Shown piece after piece: positions 23,033 to 33,836 of a stretch of 64,000 bases of DNA; position 1 is the stretch's first letter; each line of letters starts with the position of its first letter. The translations under genes and the position numbers were made by a program. The stretch is from Octopus vulgaris (Eukaryota). Location of the stretch: positions 49,724,001 through 49,788,000 of the forward strand of contig OX597821.1 of NCBI GenBank assembly GCA_951406725.2. Direction: 5' to 3'. Under the pieces are notes generated by a model that had not been told where the DNA came from, made no database searches, and worked only from the letters and a program-made list of their open reading frames with translations.

Positions 23033-24179
23033 GTGTGCGCGTGTGTTAGTGTTTGTGCTTCCCTAGCCCAACCGGTGTTGGTTTTTCATGTCCCCAATAG
23101 AAGTTTGTAAGAATAAGTACCTAAAAAAAGTAATAAAATATAAATAAGTGCCCCAACTTGGTCGCAATCCAGTGAGTGAAACATTTAAAAGATACACCAA
23201 CGCACATTTTCATCAGCAGCAATATTTACAACTTATACCAAAACATGCAAAAAACAAGGCCATATAAGTATAAAATTAATATAAGACTAGTGGAACACCT
23301 ATTAACACATGAAATTCTGGCCAGGTCCTCATTCCCCGAATGGATGGATACCAGTCGAAAACCGTACTAGCGAAATAACTACAGCCACATGATACAAAAA
23401 TGAATGTTGTTATAAGCACTGCTGCTTTGCACGTAAATAATTACGGAAGTCTAATGTTGTTGTTTACAGCACATCGACAGACACGGAAATCCTTCTTTGT
23501 ATTTAAATACAAAATTACACTGTATTCTATTCTGGTGTTGTTATCTATGAAATTGAAATAATTCACTGAGTATTTTCTCTGTCATATTAAATAACAACCT
23601 TCAACGGAAAACCTTAGCATTAAATTTATTATGTGGTGAAGTAAATTATAATTAATCAAATGAGTACTAACAGAAGTGCCTTCAAAACTATCCCAGCTTA
23701 GTCGCAGTCCAGGGACTGAAACATGAACGGTACACTTTTATCAGGAGTGGGAGTTACAACTTGCTAAAACACGCAAAACTGTAAGTCGTATAAGTGTAAA
23801 AATAATTACGAGACTAGTGGAAGACCTGTTAACAAATGAACGAATGAGCCAGCGAGCGAATAATCGACGAAATTACTGCACTCATAAAAAATAACTAGTA
23901 AACGTCTTTTAAATCGTACACTAATGTGTTTATACTGTAAGCTAGCCTACCAAGTATACTCTCATATTTATTACGTGAAAGAAAACAGGGGGTGCGGGAC
24001 GGCGCCAGTGGTTTCAAGCTTAGGGAAGAGTCTTGCATTAAGATTCAGAGTAAACGAAGTAACCACACGGCTAAGCCCGCACACAGCAAAATACCTTGCA
24101 AATTAATGTTATATACATTATACTGTTTAGCATATTTTCGTTATACTTCTATCCAACATAGTTTTAATGTGAGCTCTGA

Positions 24180-24760
24180 TTTGATTCCCCGCACCCATTT
24201 TCTCCCAAATTCGTTTATTCGTAATTGTATCGGAATTTGTTGTGAATTGTTTTTTTTTTTTTTGCGAATGACATGAGGAATTTCGGAACATTCACACAAG
24301 GCGGTTTTGTTTCCTCATAACTTTCAGAAAAATCGATATTTCCCAATGAAATTTTCTACAAATTCTTTTCAGAATGTATAAATTACGATTATATCGGAAT
24401 CTGATGTAAAAAGAAAAAAACAGTGAGCACGCACTGATACATATGAAATTTTTTCTGCGAATTTTCAAATTTCATTTTGTAGATATATGTGACCACAAAA
24501 TATGTTTTTTTCATATTAAATTCCGACACAATCGCAATCAACACACTCTGAAAAGTATTCATAGTAAATTTTATTAAAAAATACTCATTTTCCTGAAAGT
24601 TATGAGGAAACAAAGCCAACTCGTGTGAATTCTTCAAAGCTCTTCACCTTTTCAGAGGAAAAACATTTTTTTCAGAATAAATTCCGATACAATTGTAATC
24701 AACACCGTTTGAAACGGGAAGTTATAAGGCAACAAAATCGGACGTGGGGTGGGAGCATAC
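24180..24760. mobile_element. Foldback/palindromic MITE-like repeat
   Basis: Inverted pairs AATTGTATCGGAATTT / AAATTCCGATACAATT and TTTGTTTCCTCATAACTTTCAG / CTGAAAGTTATGAGGAAACAAA; related pieces at 20590-20680 and 30150-30465. Confidence 0.65.
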
Positions 24761-24815
24761 ATGTATAGGAATGCCCATTCGATAAACAGAGGCGTTAATA
24801 AAACTAGCAACTTGC

Positions 24816-24846
<31 letters not shown>

Positions 24847-24998
24847 CAGTAAAAACAATTAAGATTCAAGTGAGTTCCAATGAATTCACATGAATGCGGT
24901 ACTTAACTTAAATGCACCAGAAATCTATATGGTATTAACCATAAAATAATGTGGGGTGATTATAAATAAGAAAAAAGCAACAAGAATGGATTAGTTGT

Positions 24999-25085
24999 TC
25001 AGTACAATTGTTTCATACGAAGAACAGCTTTATTAAAAGCTGCAAATATTGCAGCAAATACAAGTGTCCCGTATTCATCAGCCAA
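24999..25085 (-). ncRNA. Hammerhead ribozyme with extended stem II
   Basis: TTGG-CTGATGA-ATACG...(two internal hairpins)...CGTAT-GAAAC AATT GTA-CTGA; intact core and palindromic stem III ACAATTGT. Confidence 0.75.
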
Positions 25086-25949
25086 AACACATATGAGTTT
25101 TCCAAACATCCTAGGGGGTGAGGCTACATTCATGAAGTATCGAAGAGAGTTCTATAAAAAGCAAAGTTAGATTGTAAGCAGACTTCAAAAGTTCAATAAT
25201 GATGCACAGTTTTATAAGAGGTTTTAAAAAAGTTTGTTAGCTTCACAGAAAAGGTAAATCCATCCATAATAATGCAGGTGTAATTTCCGGAGATATGAGG
25301 AGATATTTCATACTCAAAGACGATGAATTTATCCATAATAATGTAGATATAATTTCCTGATATATGAGAAGATGCTGATCACATTTCTGTTCATCTCACA
25401 AAACTACTATGCTGGAATTATATTGGCTAAAAGAAGTTAGTGAAGCAGAAAAACCGCCCAAATAGGGCATTATGGGACAACTGAGAGGAAGGGGTGTAAG
25501 TACACAACCTACACAAAATAGTTTATTTCTGTGGTAACAGAAAATCTAGGTCAGAGTTGCAGGAATCTGAGATTTATAAAAGAGAACATTACTTTTGACC
25601 AGCATACAGCTGTTAACTGCCAATCCTACAGAGTTAAAAGCAGATATAAGAATATAAAGAGAACAAGAGAAAGTATCAAAGGGGTCAAAGGCTATCAGTA
25701 GAGGAAAATACATTAAGAGGTTTAAGTGCAACACTTGAACAGGAGGTTATTTATTTATTTATTGTTACTATTTATACAAATGTTTATACATTGTAAGACA
25801 GACTTTAGGTCTATACCTAGAGGTCAATTAATTTCTATAGTAAAAGGCGTGAGAGTATTGTTTATTCAAAAAATAGTGAAAATTCCTTATATTATTATTA
25901 AGGGAGTAGCATTACTTATTAAACTTATGATAGAATTATGAAGTATTAG

Positions 25950-26166
25950 TGTTATGCGTGTAGTTTGGGTTCTAATGGGAATGACAACCAGTTGAAAATC
26001 ATTGTTATGTTTATCATGTTTATTGACGTTACTTACATGGACGACACATCACCGTGTAGTGATACATTGTTTACTTAACACACAGTTTGTATTGTTCACT
26101 AACAAATAGTGCCAAGAGTATGGAGTAGTTTGGCATTCGCAAACACACAGATATGAATGTGTAACA
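25950..26166 (-). repeat. 3' LTR (217 bp)
   Basis: Differs from 28750-28966 at 3 positions by eye; termini TGTTA...TAACA. Confidence 0.97.
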
Positions 26167-26179
26167 TCCCTTCTTCTTG
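26167..26179 (-). promoter_or_regulatory. Polypurine tract
   Basis: Minus strand AAGAAGAAGGGA immediately precedes the 3' LTR. Confidence 0.85.
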
Positions 26180-26247
26180 AAAAAAAAAAGGGGTCTCTTG
26201 GCAGTGAAGACGACTATGAGTAGTCTCCCTTGCTCTATGGATTGTCA

Positions 26248-28626
26248 TCATATCTTTTCTTTTTCTTTAGCGGTATCGAACCGGTGGCAGAATGTTCTTT
26301 CTCCATCTGGTGGATCTTCTGCTTCGCACCGGTGTCTGAGGTGTGTTGTACACGTTTTCCTCGGTAGCTCTGGTGTTGGGCGGATGTGGGCCCTGTTGCG
26401 TCTCAGCTGCCTACCAGATTCTGTTTCTATTATATTTGATCTTGGAGTTTCAGCTCTACTGACAACCTTTGCTGGGATCCATGTTTTAGTTATGGGATCT
26501 TGAGTATGCACATGTTGTCCTCCAAGCATCTCAGGTAAATATTGTGCATGTTTGTGGTGATGCCTCTGTGCTCGTTCTTGAGTGGCTGCTAGCTTTGCCC
26601 TTGTTTCTTTCTGGTCAATAGGAGGTTGGATCTTAGTTGGCAGGGTAGTTTTATACTTCCTGCCATTCAGCAATTCTGCTGGGGATTTCATATTAGCTCT
26701 CAGTGGAGTCGCTCGTAGGGACATAAGTGCCAGGTGTGGGTCTTCCCTAGTATTCCGGCATTTGACTAGTGTTCTCTTCACTGTCTGCACCTGTCTTTCT
26801 ATAAACCCATGACCTTTGGGGCAGTGTGGAGATGAAGTTTTAATATTGAACCCATATTCATCGGCTAGCTTTTTGAATTCTTGTGACGTGAACTGGGTTC
26901 CATTGTCACATATGATCTGCTCTGGTATTCTTTGCTCTGCTAGGAGTCCTCGGGCCACTGTAGTGATTGTTTTGGCTGTCAGGTCTTTCACTTTTCTCAC
27001 AAATGGAAATTTGGAGTAGTAGCAGGCCATTATTAAATACCATTCTTGGCCTTCTGTGAATAGATCTACTCCAATAGTTTGCCATGGCCTTCTTGGAATG
27101 TCACCAGATATCATTTCCTTCTTTTGTTGTGAGGTTTTGTACTTTTCTATGTCTTTCTTTTGTTGTGAGGTTTTGTACTTTTCTATGTCTTTCTTTTGTT
27201 GTGAGGTTTTGTACTTTTCTATGTCTTTGTACATGCTCTTATTGGTTGTCACATTCACAATGTGGTGGACCTTTCTGCTTAGTCCTTCCATCTCCTTTTT
27301 GTTTGTGATTGGTGGTCGGTCTTTGATAGGCATATCACTGTTAATCCTGCTTGGAGCTGCTTTCACTTCAGCATTGACCGACACAATATTTAACCTCCTG
27401 CAGGTATCGAGTCCAAGAATTGCTGGGCCTTCTGTTCTTGTCACATAAAATGTACACTCGATTGATTTCCCTTTGTGTGTCCCCTTTATTGTTGTTTTCC
27501 CCAGTTGTGGGATTCTGGTACCTCCGTACGCAGTGAGGACCACATCACTTGGTGTGAGGATTCCTTTCCTGACCCTATCCTCTTCTGTCATATTTTCTGG
27601 GAACATCTTCTTGTATAAGCCGACAGGCAAGATATCACTCTGGGCCCCAGTGTCTATCTTCAGCCTTAAGTCTATGTTTGTTCTTTTCCTTCCGGCCTTC
27701 TTTTGAATTTTTATCGTCGTGTATGCCTCATCTTCTTTCCTTCGGTCGTCCTTTCCCTTCCCATGCACATTTATTATGCCGATTGCTAAGAATTCCTCCT
27801 CTGAGGTGCTTTGTTCCTGTTGTTGTGCATGTATATCCCTTCTATTTCTGCTCCTCTTTGAAACTTGGGGCTTGTATCTCTGGGATTTTGTTATCCTACA
27901 CATTTTTTTCCAGTGGTTCAGTTTTCCACATCCTTTGCAGTGTGTACCGAATGCAGGACATTTTTTCCAGTCATTAAATTCATGCTCTGTACCACAGTAC
28001 CGGCATGTTCTTTGGTTTTGGGTTTGTGTCCTGTCCTTATATACAGTATCTACACTGCTATCTAGTGGGCTTGCTTGTAAGCTTAGTGAGGCCATTTGTT
28101 TGGTAGTGGCTTCAAATGCTCTTGCAGTGTCTACTGCTTCTACCAACTGGAGATCGTCCTTACCTATGAGGGATTTTTGCACTTCTTTGTGGGCACACCC
28201 CCATATTAATTGGTCTACAATTCTCTCCTCCCTGTCTTTGAATTTGCATTTCTCTGCAACATTTTTCAGTCTTGACAGGAAATTGTCTATTGTTTCTTGT
28301 GGGGCTTGTTTCAGGCCCTGGAATTCGTATCTCTGAATTCTGTGGTTTGACCTGGGCTCTAGGTGCCTCTCAAATTTATCAAGAAGTGTATCTGGGTCAT
28401 TGCAGTCTGATTCTGACATATCCCAGCTATTGTATAGGTCTATTCCTTTATTACCTGACCATAAAAGGATGTAATTTACCTTTTCATCGTCAGTTGTGCC
28501 TTTCAGGAAACTTTTGAAAGCTAGTTGAGCTTTTTGTTTGAATTTTTTAAATTCTTCTACGACATCACTAGAATCCCAGTTCATAATTGGATGTAGATTC
28601 ATCTGTACGGCGACGGGGGTCGCCAT
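26248..28626 (-). CDS. Gag-aspartic protease-integrase core fusion (792 aa), lacking RT/RNase H
   Basis: Gag with two knuckles (CRYCGTEH..C; CKGCGKLNHWKKMC), protease KIDTGAQ..AILGLD, integrase GVDLF..CDNG-X35-E; no YXDD motif anywhere. Confidence 0.92.
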   Translation of the reverse strand: MATPVAVQMNLHPIMNWDSSDVVEEFKKFKQKAQLAFKSFLKGTTDDEKVNYILLWSGNKGIDLYNSWDMSESDCNDPDTLLDKFERHLEPRSNHRIQRYEFQGLKQAPQETIDNFLSRLKNVAEKCKFKDREERIVDQLIWGCAHKEVQKSLIGKDDLQLVEAVDTARAFEATTKQMASLSLQASPLDSSVDTVYKDRTQTQNQRTCRYCGTEHEFNDWKKCPAFGTHCKGCGKLNHWKKMCRITKSQRYKPQVSKRSRNRRDIHAQQQEQSTSEEEFLAIGIINVHGKGKDDRRKEDEAYTTIKIQKKAGRKRTNIDLRLKIDTGAQSDILPVGLYKKMFPENMTEEDRVRKGILTPSDVVLTAYGGTRIPQLGKTTIKGTHKGKSIECTFYVTRTEGPAILGLDTCRRLNIVSVNAEVKAAPSRINSDMPIKDRPPITNKKEMEGLSRKVHHIVNVTTNKSMYKDIEKYKTSQQKKDIEKYKTSQQKKDIEKYKTSQQKKEMISGDIPRRPWQTIGVDLFTEGQEWYLIMACYYSKFPFVRKVKDLTAKTITTVARGLLAEQRIPEQIICDNGTQFTSQEFKKLADEYGFNIKTSSPHCPKGHGFIERQVQTVKRTLVKCRNTREDPHLALMSLRATPLRANMKSPAELLNGRKYKTTLPTKIQPPIDQKETRAKLAATQERAQRHHHKHAQYLPEMLGGQHVHTQDPITKTWIPAKVVSRAETPRSNIIETESGRQLRRNRAHIRPTPELPRKTCTTHLRHRCEAEDPPDGERTFCHRFDTAKEKEKI
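27119..27226 (-). repeat. Perfect 36-bp x3 in-frame tandem repeat (KDIEKYKTSQQK)
   Basis: TTCTTTTGTTGTGAGGTTTTGTACTTTTCTATGTCT x3. Confidence 0.95.
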
Positions 28627-28736
28627 CTTGGATTCTTTGTTTATGTTGTCCGAAGCGTAGCGATGTTTTGTTTGCTAATTCCACGTTCGTTGTGTTCCTG
28701 TTTTGTTTTAAAAGCACAATTCCGGATTAATTGTTT

Positions 28737-28749
28737 ACCGCTGCCACCA
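28737..28749 (-). promoter_or_regulatory. Primer-binding site complementary to tRNA-Leu 3' end
   Basis: Minus strand TGGTGGCAGCGGT directly after the 5' LTR; plus strand ACCGCTGCCACCA equals the 3' end of metazoan tRNA-Leu(AAG/TAG)+CCA. Confidence 0.85.
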
Positions 28750-28966
28750 TGTTATGCGTGTAGTTTGGGTTCTAATGGGAAAGACAACCAGTTGAAAACC
28801 ATTGTTATGTTTATCGTGTTTATTGACGTTACTTACATGGACGACACATCACCGTGTAGTGATACATTGTTTACTTAACACACAGTTTGTATTGTTCACT
28901 AACAAATAGTGCCAAGAGTATGGAGTAGTTTGGCATTCGCAAACACACAGATATGAATGTGTAACA
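28750..28966 (-). repeat. 5' LTR (217 bp)
   Basis: Near-identical to 25950-26166. Confidence 0.97.
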
Positions 28967-29290
28967 ATTAGCAACTTATTTGATTTAAGTTGGGTTAATT
29001 AAAACAGATTAAAATTAGATTAAAATTAAATTAACTATATAGTCAATTAAAATTTTTGGCAACGTACAAATACCGTTTATTTCTTTGTCTTCTAAACCGG
29101 GTACAGTTAGGAAGAAAGAACACCAGTTGAAGAGCTCACAGATATCTATTTAAAAATATATTAGAGTTTTGCTTTTTTAGTAAAAGTAAGATAGACCTAG
29201 CTCCATACGATTATTCTATACGATTTTTATTTAAAATATTTAAGAGTCTAAATTTTCGCGTGAATACAAGATAGTCCTAATTCTATACGG

Positions 29291-29836
29291 TTATTTAACA
29301 AATTTTTTATTTTTTCTATGCTTTAGAATTTCATATGTCTCCATGGAGCAGAGTTGGCAACCTATCCTGTTATTTCTATAAGGCATCGCTCTTCTAACTA
29401 TTTCCCAATTAAGGTTATATTTAATATTATTATTTTTGAGTTCCCAGATCTTACTTGAAAGTGTGGTGCAACCAGCTTTATGACGTAATTTAAAAGAGGA
29501 GATATGATTGCTAACTCTTTGTTTAAATTTTATAGTACAACCTAAATAAAAAAAAAATTTGCTATTCTCAGTAGTTATGGTACATTTATAGATTACGTTA
29601 TTTACCCCACACAGACCAGGTGCCGGGCATTTTGACTTAATTCTACAATTACACCTAGGGGGATCATCTTCAGATGTAGAATTATTTAAGGATAGATATC
29701 CCATATTGTTGCTATTCTGATTATTATGAGTATATTTATCGTTATTATAGTTAATGTTGTTATCTAAAACAGTGTTATCATTTATCGATCCGTTTACACT
29801 ATCATTTAGTTCTATAGCCCTATCATAATTACTCAC
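29291..29836 (-). CDS. PLE GIY-YIG endonuclease domain preceded by Asn-rich linker (truncated remnant)
   Basis: CNCR.KSKCP.PGLC..NNVIYKC....YLGCT..FKQR.SNH..SF....TLSSKIWELK......WEI......CQLC..E. Confidence 0.8.
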   Translation of the reverse strand: MSNYDRAIELNDSVNGSINDNTVLDNNINYNNDKYTHNNQNSNNMGYLSLNNSTSEDDPPRCNCRIKSKCPAPGLCGVNNVIYKCTITTENSKFFFYLGCTIKFKQRVSNHISSFKLRHKAGCTTLSSKIWELKNNNIKYNLNWEIVRRAMPYRNNRIGCQLCSMETYEILKHRKNKKFVK

Positions 29837-30101
29837 ATTATTGGTATTGCTACTATTATTGCTTGTATTTATATCCGAATGTATATTGCTGTTATAGATA
29901 TCAATGTTGCCTTCATTCCCGATATTGTGACCAGCCGTCTCAATGTTGCCAAAAGAGACCGATAGAATAGGCTTTCAAAGAATAAGTCCTGGGGTCGATT
30001 TGATCGACTAAAGGCGGTGCTCTAGCATGGCCGCAGTCAAAATGACTGAAATAACTAAAAGATATATATATATATATACGCACACACGCACATATATACA
30101 G

Positions 30102-30138
<37 letters not shown>

Positions 30139-30149
30139 TACACACATAT

Positions 30150-30465
30150 ATTCAGTTATGAGGGTAAAATTTGGATCTTGTGAATTTTCTGAAGTCCTCT
30201 CTCCACCCTTTGGAAAAGATTTCCCCCACAAATTACTTTATAATCGTAATGTATGCCGTTTGAAAGGTATCATTTTTCTAAAAGTTATGAGGGAAAAACT
30301 CGGATTTTGTGAATTTTCCGAATTCCTCTCCTCACCCCCTTGGAAAAGATTTCCCACGTGAATTTCATCATAATCGTAATGTATGCCGTTTGAATGGTAT
30401 TTCTATAAAATTTCATTGAAAAAAACTCATTTTCCTAAAAGTTATGAGGGAAAAGCTCGGATCAT
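30150..30465. repeat. About 2.5 tandem copies of a ~120-150-bp unit related to the foldback family at 24180-24760
   Basis: AGTTATGAGGG.AAAA.T.GGAT repeated at about 30154, 30282 and 30440. Confidence 0.7.
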
Positions 30466-30880
30466 TTCATTTTCATCGCATCATGTCATATAAGGTTCCT
30501 GGCACTCCATCGATTACGACGACAATGGTTCCAGTTGGTCCGATCAACTGGAACAGCTTGTTTGTCAAATTAGTGTGCAGGTGGCTGAGCACTCCACATA
30601 CACGTGTACCCTTAACGTAGTTTTCGGGAGATTCAGCGTGACACAGTGTGACACGGCCGGCCATTTGAAATACAGGTACAACAAAAACAAGAAGAAAGAG
30701 TGAGAGAAAGTTGTGTTGAAAGAGTACAGCAGGGTTGGCCACCACCCCACTGTCGGAGCATCGTGGAGCTTTAGGTGTTTTCGCTCAATAAACACTCACA
30801 ACGCTCGGTCTGAGAATCGAAACCGCTATACTACGACCGCGAGTCTGCTGCCCTAACAACTGGGCCAATGCGCCTCCACG
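30465..30880 (-). mobile_element. tRNA-derived SINE family C, near full-length
   Basis: Minus head GGAGGCGCATTGGCCCAGTTGTTAGGGC..GGTTTCGATTCTCAGACC; another head at 34065-34232 (+); degenerate ones at about 33836 and 56380-56540. Confidence 0.8.
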
Positions 30881-30929
30881 TATGTGTGTATGTGTGTGTA
30901 TGTGTGTATGTATGTATGTATGTATGTAT

Positions 30930-30967
<38 letters not shown>

Positions 30968-31393
30968 ATACATACATACACACACATACACACACATACA
31001 CACATACACACATACACACATACATACATACATACATACACACATACATATATACATACATACATACATACATACATACACACATACATACACATACATA
31101 CACACATACATACATACACACATACACACACACACACACACATACACACATACATACATACATACATACATACATACATACATGATCGTTGTCTATTCCT
31201 TAAGCAGAGTCTGACCATCTCTTGTACTTACACCTTAGATCCATCATGGCGTCTGACGTGGCTTTCTGAACAAGACATTGTATTGAAAAGAAACCCACAT
31301 AGTTTGCATATCTCGCTTGGACGAGGAGATGCAGTTAAGTTCTGATTTTTGTGGATCTTAAAATGCATATATCATACTACCGACGGAGTGCCA

Positions 31394-31460
<67 letters not shown>

Positions 31461-31469
31461 TATATATAT

Positions 31470-31873
31470 AGGCGCAGGAGTGATTGTGTGGTAAGTAGCT
31501 TGCTTACCAACCACATGGTTCCGGGTTCAGTCCCACTGCGTGGCACCTTGGGCAAGTGTCTTCTACTATAGCCTCGGGCCGACCAAAGCCTTGTGAGTGG
31601 ATTTGGTAGACGGAAACTGAAAGAAGCCGTCGTATATATGTATATATATATATATATGCGTGTGTGTGTTTGTGTGAGTGTGTTTGTCCCCCTAGCATTG
31701 TTTGACAATCGATGCTGGTGTGTTTATGTCCCCGTTACTTAGCGGTTCGGCAAAAGTGTCCGATAGAATAAGTACTGGGCTTACAAAAGAATAAGTCCCG
31801 GGGTCGAGTTGCTCGATTAAAGGCGGTGCTCCAGCATGGCCGCAGTCAAATGACTGAAAGAAGTAAAAGAGTA
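31470..31873 (+). mobile_element. SINE family A, full-length (~400 bp, tRNA-like head, internal TA/TG microsatellite, GTAAAAGA tail)
   Basis: A-box TGG.TGTGTGG, B-box GGTTCAGTCCC; more than 20 complete or partial copies in the window. Confidence 0.92.
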
Positions 31874-32293
31874 ATATATTATTTGTCAGTTTCTATACAT
31901 TATTTGAATTGCATGCCATTCATTGATCACTTTTAATATACATGATATTTAGTTTTCATTCTTGTTTTTCGTAATAATACAAATATTGAAACTTGGATTC
32001 TGTCGAAACAAATTTTAACATTGCATAAAAATATTTAAATAAGTTGTGGAGGACTTAGTAAAACATATCAGCCAATGAGTAATCGACCAATACTCTTACG
32101 TCAATTCACGGTTGACCTGAAAAACACCTGAATCTCTCTTAAATCACACACTATAGTATTTTAAAGGTAAGGTAGACTGCATATTCAGTATATGGAAATA
32201 AAGTTCCGCCTGATTATGTCGGGTATAATTTATACACTTCATAAAAGAATATAAAATGTGTACGGGATGGTGCCATTGCTTTCAGGTTAAGGG

Positions 32294-32295
<2 letters not shown>

Positions 32296-32331
<36 letters not shown>

Positions 32332-32731
32332 AAGAGACACACAGACACATAGACAAAGAAACAGAGAGAGAGAGAGACAGACAGAGAGAAAGAGAAAGAC
32401 AGTCAAGGAGAGAAAGACAGACAGACAGAGGGAGGGAGGGAGAGAGAGACACACACAGACACCTAGACAGAGAGACAGAGAAAGAGAGCGAGAGAGAGAG
32501 CGAGAGAGAGAGAGACAGAGCGAGGGAGAGAGAGAGAGAGAGAGACAAAGAGACACACAGACACATAGACAGAGAAACAGAGAGAGAGAGACAGATAGAG
32601 AGAAAGAGAAAGACAGTCAAGGAGAGAAAGACAGACAGACAGAGGGAGGGAGGGAGAGAGAGACCAAGAGATACACAGACACATAGACAGAGAGACAGAG
32701 AAAGAGAGCGAGAGAGAGAGACAGACAGAGG

Positions 32732-32810
<79 letters not shown>
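32296..32810 (+). repeat. Compound (GA)n/(GACA)n purine tract with ~215-bp higher-order duplication
   Basis: Block GACAAAGAGACACACAGACACATAGAC...GACAGTCAAGGAGAGAAAG occurs at about 32328 and 32543. Confidence 0.9.
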
Positions 32811-32812
<2 letters not shown>

Positions 32813-33454
32813 TGTGTGCGTGTGTGTGCTTGTAAATCTTACATAGAATGACCGAAGGGTTAACGAGCCCGCTTTGAGATCGTGAGGTCTGGAGTTTGAT
32901 CCCACTCCAGGACAACTTGAGCAAATGCTATTTTCTATAGACTCGGATCGAATCATAAATATAATGAAACCGTTCAAAAATCCATCCGATGGATTTTACA
33001 TGTAATCCGAAAGTGCACCCTTGCCACGTAGAGTGTCAGTTTGAATGTGCCCGAGGATTAAGTTAATGGTGGATGTGTTATTTACTCCTCCCCTCAACAA
33101 CAGGGAAGTCAGAAGATTGAAGAACTGCATCACTCATATTACCGAACGATAAAGGCATGGACAGATAAGACAAAGAAAAGTAACTGTTTCCTTAGAGTTA
33201 TCTCCCTTGAATTGGGCTTTGATCACAAAATGTTACTATTGGATATAAAATGAAATAGGACTAAGGCCGTGGGTTGGGGCTTGATGTGTGTACGTTTGTG
33301 TATATGTATGCGCACGCACAGGTACTTGTGTGTCTACATATACACTCAGATACATGCATATATCCACATACATAAAAAAAAAACATACACACATTTCTAT
33401 ACAGAATTACATACACGCAGATGTGTGCGTGTATACAAACGCACACACACACAC

Positions 33455-33485
<31 letters not shown>

Positions 33486-33836
33486 TGTATGTATGTATGT
33501 ATGTATGTATGTATGTATGTATGTATGTATGTATGTATGTATGTATGTATGTATGTATGTATGTATGTATGTATGTATGTATGTATGTGTGTATGTGTGT
33601 ATGCATGTATGTGTGTGTGTATGTATGTATGTATGTATGTATGTATGTATGTATATATGCATGTATGTATGTATGTATGTATGTATGTGTATGTGTGTAT
33701 GTATGTATGTATGTATGTTATGTATGTATGTATGTATGTATGTATGTATGTATGTATGTTATGTATGTATGTATGTATGTATGTTATGTATGTATGTATG
33801 TATGTATGTATGTATGTATGTATGTATGTATGTATG
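33455..33836 (+). repeat. (ATGT)n microsatellite
   Basis: Directly visible. Confidence 0.95.

Larger units (their letters stand above)
25950..28966 (-). mobile_element. Gypsy (Mag-like) LTR retrotransposon, internally deleted, 3017 bp
   Basis: Two 217-bp LTRs (TG...CA), TSD ATTAG at 25945-25949 and 28967-28971, PBS, PPT and a single ORF. Confidence 0.97.
24845..29935 (-). mobile_element. Penelope-like element remnant (Naiad-like EN), split by the Gypsy insertion
   Basis: GIY-YIG ORF at 29291-29836, AT-rich 3' region continuing across the ATTAG TSD, hammerhead at 24999-25085, end at (TA)n. Confidence 0.65.

Noticed and set aside
26582-28517. Plus-strand ORFs overlapping the Gypsy element
   Set aside because: Antisense shadows of the gag-pol ORF with no independent motifs.
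30800-30880. Functional tRNA gene
   Set aside because: A/B boxes are present but the cloverleaf is incomplete and continues into a SINE body; same for family A heads and 11757-11830.
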